Shown here: piece by piece, positions 53,078 to 64,000 of the stretch
Layout of the letters: every line of letters starts with the position of its first letter
How positions within the stretch are numbered: the stretch's first letter is position 1
From: Salpingoeca rosetta
Taxonomy: Eukaryota > Protista > Choanoflagellata
Reading direction: 5' to 3'
DNA: 64,000 nt
Assembly: GCA_033442325.1 (NCBI GenBank)
Contig: JAWQFM010000026.1
Span: forward strand, 989,783 to 1,053,782
The notes under the pieces: generated by a model
Told to the model about the DNA's origin: nothing
The model's input: only the letters and a program-made list of their open reading frames with translations
Databases searched by the model: none
Made by a program: the position numbers and the translations under genes

Positions 53078-55285
53078 GCACACACACACTCACACACACA
53101 CAAGCACACACACACACACCTACACACACACATACACACACACATACACACACATACACACACACACATACACACACACACACACACAAACCACCGACTG
53201 GCCCCCCACTCACAGCGGATGAATTGCTCGTTTGTGAAGACACCACCGCAGCACGCCTCGACGACCACCACGACCTCTATACAACAACAAGCGCTCTCGC
53301 TGTGTTCGAGGTGTTCCTCAAGACCCCGCAACCTCTTTACCGCACCGTGAAACCATCGCAGGTCCACCCCGTTGTCAAGAGCGACAATCCAAATCAGCTG
53401 TCCGAAGTGGCACCGCTCTGGTGTGGCGCATTCAAGCTCCCAGGAGAAGCCAAGCACCCTCCCTATTTCCTGGACGGAGCCCACACCAGCGTGCGCGGCA
53501 TGTCGCTTCGACGCGACCTACCTGCCACAGACGCAGGCTTGAAGACAGTGACTGAGCCTGTTCAGCCCCACCCCACGAGCATAAAGGTTGCTCAAAGCTT
53601 GCGGTGACCGCTATGGCCCCACCACCCACTCCCTCTTCTGGCTATCTGCACACACCTGACTTATACCAAGACACGTTTGTGACGCCGGACGACGTGACGC
53701 GAGAGAGATCACCGAAAGGCACGTCGAACAGGAAGGACGAGGTCACAAAGCGATCCATCTTCTTTGGCTTTGAACTGCCGATCAACACCGACCTGGGCGC
53801 CATCGGCGCTGCAGTTGTATTCGACAACAACGGCGAGGAAGGCCACTTCAGCCTTATCCCTTGGCCATCAGCGCCTGTCAGCGGCGCCATTTGGGGTGCT
53901 CAAGATCCTTTCAAGAATCGCCACATCTTCATTCGCGATCCCTCAGCACCACCCCCGACCCATCCTGAGTATTGGCCTCACAGGATCGGCCTTGATAAGT
54001 GCCACGTGTTTTCTTTCGTGGCAGCGAAGTTTCGCCTTCACAGCTGGATGTGGCTGCGAGCCAGTGCCATCCCAACCGACGATTATTATGTCGACCTGGA
54101 CCGCCCCGATGCAGACAGCGCCCGCACCCTGCTGCGAGGAGCACGAACCCTACTTGCACACTCCAGCCTGCTGTCTGATCCGCTTTGTGCATTGGAGAGC
54201 CTCGACGCGTTGTGCTCGGCGCACTTCTCGGCACACGACGCAGACCCGCATCACCTGGGTGTGCTGCACAAGGCGTTGAAGGAGATACAATCGAAGATTG
54301 ACGTGGTGCAGCCAGATATTTCCGCAGCATTGGATGTACTGGCTGACTTCTTGCCACACCTGCAACTGGTCGTGCTCGGCATGACGGAGGAGACAATGAA
54401 GTCGACTCCGCCCTGACCGCTGCGACCGACAACTCATCTGTAAACAAGGCACCAAGGTACAGCTCACGGCGTGTGCAGCACACCGCGAGATCATGGCGTC
54501 CTCGACTCATCAGGGCGGCGTTCAGCTTGTCAACCGAGAAAGCAGCCCGTTTTATCTCGCTGGCCAACTCAACCCGTCCTGGCGATGCACTCGTGACCCA
54601 AGACCTTCTCGACAAGCATGCGGGCAAGGTGTCTCCCTCCTGCCGGTTCCCAGTTTGTCGCGATGAGTTACCAAAGTGTCAGGGAATCTTGCAGCAGTGC
54701 AGCCTTGAGGTCTGCGTCTCCGACTTTGCTGACCGGTTCGATGCCGTGGACCAGGAGTTGCAGGACTTGGACGCCCAACGCCTACTCCTGGCAGTTGCCA
54801 GCGTGCACTTTGATCAACCCCAGCCCATACGCCCCGTGCTCGTCGAACCACGCCCTGATATGGTTCCGGTGCGCGAACCTCCTCAGTACAAGCCTGCTGT
54901 ACGGGTCTTCACACTGCAAGAGAGTTGCCGCAATGTGCGGTTCCTCGGAGACACCACACGGTCAGTGTCAAGGTTCTTGTGGCGCAAGGACGAGTCAGAG
55001 TGGCACAGTGAAAAGGCTTGTTTCCTTCTCAACACCATCAACGGCGGCAGCGGCATCGACCTCAGCAAGTTTCCTGAATTCAAAGACGCCCTGTCTGTGT
55101 CCTCTTCTCTTTCTCGTTACATCCAAGTTCGGCATGATGTGGCCGTGCCTACGGATGCTGTGCCCGCTGTCTTCTTGTTGTTCACTTGGTCCGAAGTGGC
55201 ACAGCGGTTGGGCTCATCCCATGTGCTGCGCCTTTTCCGTGACAGTGGCTTTCGCGTCCAGCCCGGCCCAGTGCTGCGCGTGTGA
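52852..55285 (+). CDS. Uncharacterised coding region: three overlapping ORFs (~53190-53607, 53556-54416, 54347-55285), either one gene with cryptic introns/frameshifts or a pseudogene
   Basis: About 2.1 kb of microsatellite-free sequence with protein-like composition on +, in three successive frames each shifted by -1. No recognisable domain. Confidence 0.5.
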
Positions 55286-55319
55286 GTGCCTTGTCAAGTT
55301 TGTGGATGGAGTTGCACTT

Positions 55320-55429
<110 letters not shown>

Positions 55430-55750
55430 ATTTCGCAAGTTCTTGCTTCTTTCCCGCCTAATGTTCTTGCTTCTTTCCCGCCTAACACTGGCTACCGCCT
55501 TGCTTGCTTGCTCTGCCTTGCTTGCTTGCTCTCTTGCTTGCTTGCTGTGCACTTTCCGTTGCCTTGTATCTGTTCATTGACGTTGAAGCTGTTTCGCCGC
55601 TCCCTTTCGTTCCTCCACACAGTGCGCCTTGCGTGTCGGTGTGTGCTTGTGTCTGTGTGTGTCTGTGTGTCCGCCTTTGTCCGCCTGTGCCACCAACACA
55701 AATACACTGAATTCAGTGTAGAAGCGAAGATGCACAAACCAAGCCAGTGA

Positions 55751-55822
<72 letters not shown>

Positions 55823-55988
55823 ATCATGAAACGAAACGGGGCCAGGTCACGGAGGGAAGACCGACAGCCATTGTGCGCACAAGAACAAACGCATCTGTTG
55901 ATGACAAGTCGAACAACAACAACCACAACAACAACAACAGCAACAACAACAACTTAAACAACAACAAGAAGAACAACAACAACAACAA

Positions 55989-56024
<36 letters not shown>

Positions 56025-56216
56025 CACAGAGCAGTGGAACACAAGCGAGCGTCAAGGAAGGAAACCACAACTGGCGTGCGTGTAACAGAACAGTGGGTGA
56101 TGGACGAAATGTAACAACTGCACCACGGTGACAGGACTGGAGGAGAGAATAGAAGCCACAAAATGGACGGTGGTGAAAGAGAAGAAAGGGCGTGCCACGA
56201 GGCAAGTGGCCAAGAG

Positions 56217-57600
56217 CTAATACGCTGAGCTTGCGTCCACATAACACTTCATTGCCTCTCGCACCAGCTTGACTGCGTGGCCCACTCTCACACCCGCACC
56301 TTTCAACATTTGCATCGTGAGCAAATCCTCATGAACAGACACGACTAGCACCTCCAGGCAGTCGATGCCGTGCTCCACCAGGGCGGACTCGACGTGCGGC
56401 AGCAGCGAGTGGCGGTTGAGCCATTGAACGAGATCTGGCTCAAATGGCAATGAGGAGGACGAGGAGGAAGATGGGGTGGCGGGTGGCGGTGGAGCAGGAG
56501 TTGTCGCGGTGGTGGACGAGAGCGACAAGGAGGACTGCTGGATATGTGGGTGAAAGGGGTGGGTGAAACAGAGTGTGAACGCCAAGCTGCCAGGGATGCG
56601 CCTGCAGGCATGGACGCGCGCACACACACACACATACACATACACACACACACACAAAAATACCATACCTGCGTGGATCGACGTGCTGTGCCTGCTTCCT
56701 GCGTTGTTTGTTCGTCGCTTCTGGCAGAGACGGCAACCTGGCGCACCTTCTCTGCAATGTCGCGCAGCTGTGACGTGCGGTCCACAACAGCATTCAAAGC
56801 AACCACCGCGTCAATGTCAAACAGTGACAACACAGTCTCACGTACACTCTTGTGCTGCTGTGGCGGTGGCAAGTGTAGCACCTGCGTGAAATACTGGTCC
56901 AGCGCTACGGCTGTCTCCTTGCTTACAACATCTGGCAACGTCATCGCCAGCCGCTTCAGGCGGTCAAACGAGTCGTACTCGCTCACCTCGGCCCTGCTCA
57001 TGCTGCTGCTATCGTTCACATTGTGCCACGCGCTGCCAACAATCACGGGCACGACACGGCGAAGGCGGATCTTGGCGTGTTGCTGCTCCTCGTCTTCTTC
57101 GTGCGCCCGCTGGAACTCGTGCAGCGCCAGCATCGTCATCCACTCCAGCAGCACGTTGTCGCAGTAGTCGCTGTGCTGCAGCTGCCTCATCTGCATGATG
57201 GTGGCAGCAGACGCGATGGGGCACGCCACCAGACTCAGCCCAATCGCCGTCATGAACGACAACTTGAAGTTGAGGCCCGTCTCCAGGTTGTTGGCGTCCA
57301 GGAACGCCACCAGGTTGCGCTGCTCCAAGCGCGGATGCAGCGCCATCACCAGCCCACTGCTGGCGCGTTGCCTGTTGTGGTTGCGGGAGAGGGGGGGGGG
57401 GGGGGTTGAAAAAGGTCGTGATGAGATAACGGTAAACTGCATGCATTAGTTGTGGCGAGTTGGTGGAGGTGACAGACACGTACTGGCACAAACACACACA
57501 CACACACACACGCACACACGCACACGCACACACACGCACACGCACACGCTTGCACACGCTCACACGCACACACTTGCACACGCACACACGCACACACGCA

Positions 57601-57693
<93 letters not shown>

Positions 57694-60600
57694 CTCACCT
57701 GTAGCTGATGAAGACGTCGTACTTGTCCTGCAGGCCGAGTACGGGCAAGAGAGGGCCATACTTGGCGACAAGGTCATCGGGCGGCAGCAGCTGCTCGTCC
57801 ACCCACATGTCCTGCTTGCTCTTGTGGTGGTGCAGCACATCCTCGAAGAACAGCAGCGTCTTGTCGTCGTACGGCAACAACAGGCTGCTCTTCAGCTCGG
57901 GATAGCGCTCTCTGGCGGCCTCGCTAATCATCTTGTGCAGCATATGCAGCATGGCGCGTGGCTGCGCACTCGTGATCTTCATCTTGATGCCGCCAACAGC
58001 CGGCACAAGCTGCAACTCAAGCTTGGTCGACTCCATGAAGCAGATGGCGTGGGTGCGACTCAGCTTGGGCTGCTGCGATGCGCCGTGCTGTGCATGCGTC
58101 ATCACATGCGCTAACACCACCGTAAACAGGCCCTCTGGCAGGAAAGACGCATGCTGTGCGTCTTCAACACGCACGCTCGCCTCTGTCTTGAACTGCTTCA
58201 GGCGAAAGGTGACATACGCCGTCTTCTCCTCAAACCCAAGATATGGATTGACCTGCTGTGCTGCTGTCGTGCTCAGAGTGACAGATTCCATCGTGCTGCT
58301 GCTGTGGCGGATCGTCATCGGCAGGATGGCTGGGACCAGGTATTGCTGCTGCTGGTGCTGCTGGCGTTGGTGTGCGTCATTGCCCTTGCTCACACCATCG
58401 TTGTCACCGTGGCCGGAGTTGGTGCGGGCGAGCGCTCTGCGGCTGTCCACCAGCTTGGGTGATGCATACTCAATGCACAGCCCATATTGCATCATGAGGC
58501 GCAGGAACGGGTCAACCAAGTTGCTGTCCACGTCTCTCCACAACACCTCCAGCAGACGACGGTGCAGGATGCCGCGGTCGACAAGGTCGTCCCACACGCT
58601 GGCGCCAAGTGCCCGCACCTCCGGCCCCTGCACATCGTCGTCGTGCAGGCCAAACGTGCGGATAACGCGCGTCATCGTGTCCACCGCCCACTGCGGGCTC
58701 AGGATCACATAGGCCTCCATGCCTGGCACACTGTCGTAGTAGAGCACCATGGAGTACAAGTGCAGGAACTGGAGGCAGGCTCTCGTCTCCTCACGTGTGC
58801 GCAGCCCACAGGTGCGCGCAATCTGGACCACCTCGTCAAACGTGAGCAGCGGCCGTTTCTCGTCGCGGGCAATGGCGTTGAGCTTGTCGTAGAGGTGGAG
58901 GTAGGGTACAGCGACCTCCTGGCTCACGTACTCCTGCGCTAAGGCTGTGGAGGAGATGGTCTGGCGCAGGTCCTGGATCATGGGGTCGCCGATGGACTTG
59001 GTGTTGTCGACGGGCCAGAACCACAGCTTGTGCTTGCTGTTGTACACAACAGAAGCGAAGGCCGGGTTGTGGCGCAGGCGGCTGTGGATGTCACGCGAGA
59101 TCTGCTCATGTTGCTTCCGCTGACTGACCACATCAGCGAAGGTGCCGACGATGAGGACGGGCGCGCCTTTTGCATGGAGGTGGAGAGAAGACAACCAGTG
59201 CTCCATAAACTCCCACGCCTCTGTCCGCTTGCTCTCGTCTTGGTGCAGCAGGTCCTCCATCGAGAACACCAGCAGGTACACCGCGTACCTGTTGGGGGGA
59301 TGTTGGGAGTAAAAGGGTGGGGATGAGAAGGGTAAGGGTTTGGGGGGGGTAGCACTCACACACACGTAGCACNNNNNNNNNNNNNNNNNNNNNNNNNNNN
59401 NNNNNNNNNNNNNNNNNNNNNNNNNNNNNNNNNNNNNNNNNNNNNNNNNNNNNNNNNNNNNNNNNNNNNNNNACACACACACACATACACACACACACAC
59501 GCACGCACACACACACATACACAGCGACTCACTCTGTGAGGAAGAAAGGGTGGAAGATGTAGAAGGTGGACTGACCGCCCAGGTCAAAGATCTTGAAGGA
59601 GACCTGCATCTTGCCTTCGCCAATTGTCGCATCAAAGTCCATGTCCTTGATTGCCTTCTCCACCTCCTCCTTCGAAACGGATGGTGTGGTCACGGCAACG
59701 ACGTCAGCATTGTCGTCACCAACGTCGGCGTGGCTGGAAGCTGGGTGCTGCTCCTTTGCTGCAGGCGTTGCTTTGGAGGCATCACGACCTGCAGCAGGTG
59801 CAGGCACGGCTGCGGTGGACGCCTTGTCGGATGATGGAGCGGAAGTTGTGGTTGTGCGACGGTCCTTCTTGCACTGCTTCTTGTCATCCGTCCTGGCCTG
59901 CTTCTTGGCCTGCTTCTTGGCCTCCTCGTGCTGTTGCTCGGTAACACGGGTGGCGTGCTGCGCCCGTGCCTTTGCTGACGCGCGCTTCAGCTCCTCGTCC
60001 ACGCCGGCCTCGCGTGCCATCGCCGTGCCAACGAGACTGCGGATGAACTCGGACGTGCTCTGGTCGCTCTCCTGCACGAGATGTGGAAGGGTGGGTGTTT
60101 GTGAGTGTTGGTGAACAATGACATAAGGTGGTGATTGATCGAATGATGGTGGAAGCAGGTGTTGGTACAAGGTGGATGCACATATCACACACACACACAT
60201 ACACACACACACCGACAGACAACACACACGCACACACACCGACAGACGACACACACACACACACACACACAATCACGTGCACATACACGCAACTAAACGT
60301 ACCTTCCAGTCGCACACTTCCATGGTGTGGACGGTGACTCTCATGTCATCGGTGGTGCGCCGAGCGTGAAGTGCTGCTGCTTGTGAACGGCTTACCCCTG
60401 AGCGAGTTCACAAGCGTCGTCTTGCCNNNNNNNNNNNNNNNNNNNNNNNNNNNNNNNNNNNNNNNNNNNNNNNNNNNNNNNNNNNNNNNNNNNNNNNNNN
60501 NNNNNNNNNNNNNNNNNNNNNNNNNNNNNNNNNNNNNNNNNNNNNNNNNNNNNNNNNNNNNNNNNNNNNNNNNNNNNNNNNNNNNNNNNNNNNNNNNNNN

Positions 60601-63009
60601 NNNNNNNNNNNNNNNNNNTAAGGCGGATGCGGCAGTTGCCTTTTTACAAGGTGAAAAAAAGTCTGAAGTGGTACAGCAGTGCAAACGACAATGGGTTTCC
60701 TGTGCACGTACATGCTCTGTATCTGGTGTGTCTGAAGCTGTCATGTCCGCCTGCTGCTGCTCTTGCTTTGGTTGTTGCTGTTGTTGCTGTGGTTGTTGCT
60801 GGGGTTTGCTGTCTGGGTCGAGCCCTGGGATACTGGTGATGGCGTGGAAATTGCGTTTCTGCGCCACCATGAATGGTGTTCCACCCTGTGGATGTTGGAT
60901 GCGGACAGAGTGAGCGAGCACAGAAGCAGTGCACGTTGAAAAGAGGCGCGGTTGTGCAATAAAGGCGTCGCACCCACGGCACATGCGCGCGTACCCTGAT
61001 GTTCTTGACGGCAGTGTCTGCGCCCTTCTTCAGGAGCAGCTCCACGACGGCGGGCTGGTTGTGCCTGCAGGCAACGTGCAGCGGCGTGTCGCCCTGTGTT
61101 TGGGTGGGGGGGGCAGGAAGGGGCATGGCACGTGTGGTGAGGATCTGTTGAAAACGAACACACGGCCGGTGCAACCATGAGCGAGCGCCGTTCACATACA
61201 AGCACAACACACACATGATGAACATACCCGCTTGTCCTGTTGGTTGATGTCTGCATTGTCCTGCTCCATGAGGGAGGTGACAACGGAAGCGTCGCCATCC
61301 CTGCAGGCGGCAAACAGTTGCTCATGCTGCCGCTTCTTCTCCTCGCGTGCTTCGTTAAAGGCGGCCTTGCCCTCATCGTCGTACGCCCTGTGGTAACACG
61401 CGACATTGGACGCAAGCATCACGCAGCAAGTGTGCGTGAGGTGAAGGGTCGAGAGAAGGCAGGAAGCAAGCGACTAGAGTGGAAGCACGCGTTGACTGAC
61501 CAATCTGTGTCGAGTTTTCGGTCGACGGGCAGCGCGGCACCAAAGGCGCGGGCGGTGGCGGTGGAGTTCTTGTTGATCCTAAACGAGGACACGTGGTGGT
61601 AGCGTGTGGTTGGGAACAGGCAGCAAGTGCGGTGCGTGCGTCAGGAGGGTTGGTGGTTAGGGTTGTGGAGAAATGCAAGCAAGCAGAGAGGAACACACAC
61701 AGTGTGGCGTGCACTCAAAAGAGTGGCGATTGGTCACACAAATCCACAACAGGACACAGGCGTTCATGAGGCAGGCGCAACGCAATCGACGTACTCAAGC
61801 CGAGACAGCGTGCGGTTTTGGTCCAGTGCGGCACCCAGGGCCGCACCGCCAACCGGGGTGATGGAGTTGTTATACAAGCTGCAAGTGGCAAGAAATGCAT
61901 GTTGGAAGAGCAGGGGAACGGGTGGGCAAGCAACACGTGTCAGTGTCATGGATAAAAGTGGGTTGCAGATGGATCACGTGCACGCGTACTCGCTCGCACA
62001 TCAGGTCCTACGACTTTTAAGGCACAATGGCGGAAGCAAAGGGGGCAAATGCAAATTGCACAGGATGTGGCAGCACTTGTGGCACATATGAAGGATGGAA
62101 GCATTTGTTGGTCAAACAAGCAAGTCGCACAGACATCGTGGGTGGCTTGCGGTGCCTCCATCTGCACACGGGTATTGCGGAAGAAGCGCCTAAAGACACA
62201 CATTGCAAAGAGGAGCTTCCACTCACTCGAGTGCTGTGAGGGTCGTGTTGTGCTTCAGCATCTCCGCCAACGCCACAGCGCCCTCAGGACCGATGCGGTT
62301 GCCTCCCAGGCTGTCAAGATGGTATGATGCCACACAGGGCGATGATGCCACATGGATGAGGAAGAGTGAGTGAGTGCGTGATGATGCTCGCTGTGGGTGG
62401 CAACACAGTCGTTGAACCCCACCCCATCAACCACACATGTGCGCATGATAAGGTGGAACGGCAGTGACGCAGCATACATGTGCATGTGTGCGTGTACACA
62501 CTCACCTGAGTTCTTCGAGGGTCGTGTTGTGCTTCAGCATCTCCGCCAACGCCGCGCCCTCATCGCCGATGGAATTCCATCGCAGGCTGTGCAGACACAC
62601 AAGAAACGCAGGGAGCGAAGGTGAACACACGTCCAAACATGCGCCAGCAGGAGAGGAAAGGGGTGCAACATGCAACACCGCCATCCCAATCAACCATGCA
62701 TATCACACGATGCAGATTCATCATCACCACGCACCTGAGTGCTTTGAGGCAGGTGTTGTCCTTGAGCGCCTCGGCCACCGCACGCGCCCCAATGGCGCCG
62801 AGGCCAGCATTGAAGAAGCTGCAATTCCAAATGGTGTGTGTCATGAAATGAGCAAGAAGAATGAGGATCAAGAGAGCAAAAACGTGAGGGTGCCAGTCAC
62901 ACCCTGCCACAAACACACACAGTGTGTCCAGGCGGTGCGAGGGGACGCGCACACGTAAACACCCAACAGCAAGCCACACCAAGCTCATTGCAACACAAGG
63001 ACAAGCCAA

Positions 63010-63102
<93 letters not shown>

Positions 63103-63324
63103 CAGCACAAGCACAACCACAAGAAGTGGCCTTGGTGTCCAACACATGCATGCATGTTCCAACACGTCGTTTTGGTTGCTTTTCCACTCAGGCACTCACT
63201 GTATTCTATCCCCACACGTGTTGTTGGCGATGGCCCTGATCTTGTCCTTCACCCCATCCTTCAGCTTCGTCTGCGCCAGCAACGCCTCCACCTCCTCCCT
63301 CGCTCTCTTCTCTCCGCCGGACAT
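56217..63324 (-). CDS. Roco-family protein: LRR - ankyrin - Roc GTPase - COR - TIR - SAM
   Basis: RI-type LRRs ([26 protein letters not shown]; [24 protein letters not shown]). ANK ([26 protein letters not shown]). Roc ([36 protein letters not shown]). COR ([20 protein letters not shown]). TIR ([25 protein letters not shown]). SAM ([34 protein letters not shown]). Confidence 0.88.
59373..59472. other. Assembly gap
   Basis: N run. Confidence 1.
60427..60618. other. Assembly gap covering the start of the Roc P-loop exon
   Basis: N run directly upstream (minus strand) of GKTT. Confidence 1.
63013..63099. repeat. (GA)n microsatellite in Roco intron 1
   Basis: Direct reading. Confidence 0.9.
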
Positions 63325-63853
63325 GGCGACAGCGCGTCGTCTTTTCTCCTTGTGGCTTGTTGTGACGTGTTTGTGAGCGGCTGGCTGGAAGAAGACGACG
63401 ACAAAATGGACGACAACTCAACGCGCTGCTTTGTTTGTTTTCATTTGTTTTGTGTGTGTGTTGTTGTTTTGCGACTCAGCCATTGGACGATTCGCAAAAC
63501 CTTGCAGAGGTTATCCGCACAGCAGCGCTTCGGTGGAAGACCATCTCTTCGAGCCCTCGTTCCTGACGGAACACAACAAACAAACAGGATGAAGTGCCTC
63601 CAGCCAACCAGCAGCAACGCAACTCGCTTTGTCGCGCCGAAAGGAACAACAGCCGCTCCCTCCCAGCTTCTTTTGGTCTTGCCTGGTCGGTACAATACAC
63701 CAATGTCTGTAGCCACATCAACACCACAAACATCACCGCCGCTCCACCATCACCACCGTCAAGCGGGTCTCATCATCTTCATCGAGCCATTTACTGAGGA
63801 AAGAACAGGTCCGCCACACAATCCAAAACAACGCTCCCCAGTCCAACACACAT

Positions 63854-63910
<57 letters not shown>

Positions 63911-64000
63911 GCCCACACGCAACAGGAAGCCAAGCCAACCAAACAACAGCCAACCCCTCTGCACATCAAACAACACCCTCCAGTCGCAAGCCAGAATCAA

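Noticed and set aside
53605-54445. Selenocysteine or stop readthrough at the two TGACCGCT stops
   Set aside because: In-frame readthrough meets another stop within about 25 and 9 codons, and the next ORFs are in different frames.
60619-60710. AT-richer sequence beside the gap as a TE end
   Set aside because: It follows a normal GTACGT donor and has no terminal repeat or TSD evidence, so it is treated as intron.

Overview
Gene-dense eukaryotic DNA with many short GT-AG introns full of (CA)n/(GT)n microsatellites. The style strongly suggests a choanoflagellate, probably Salpingoeca rosetta (inference from intron style and gene content). Most ORFs in the six-frame track are microsatellite artefacts. 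By hand-splicing I find about 15 intron-containing genes. In order: ZC3H15/Tma46 (5' part outside the window), a prolyl-4-hydroxylase-like 2OG-Fe(II) oxygenase, DUF1295, CFAP90, MTFR1, SRR1, a signal-peptide/C2/EGF/TM/Tyr-rich receptor, a KIF6-like kinesin-9 with a C-terminal IQ motif, a TPR protein ending in CaaX, RPS27, a USE1-like SNARE, a KDM2/7-type JmjC demethylase, RPL13a, a divergent ubiquitin E1, and an LRR-ANK-Roc-COR-TIR-SAM protein. There is also an orphan cluster of three overlapping ORFs, two probable transposon fragments and four assembly gaps. The best candidates for new biology are: (1) the LRR-ANK-Roc-COR-TIR-SAM immune-receptor-like Roco protein with one LRR per same-phase exon; (2) the kinase-less receptor with an extracellular perforin-like C2 domain; (3) a cluster of mostly GNA-loop hairpins and a recurrent ACTGAAWTCAGT palindrome near gene starts.
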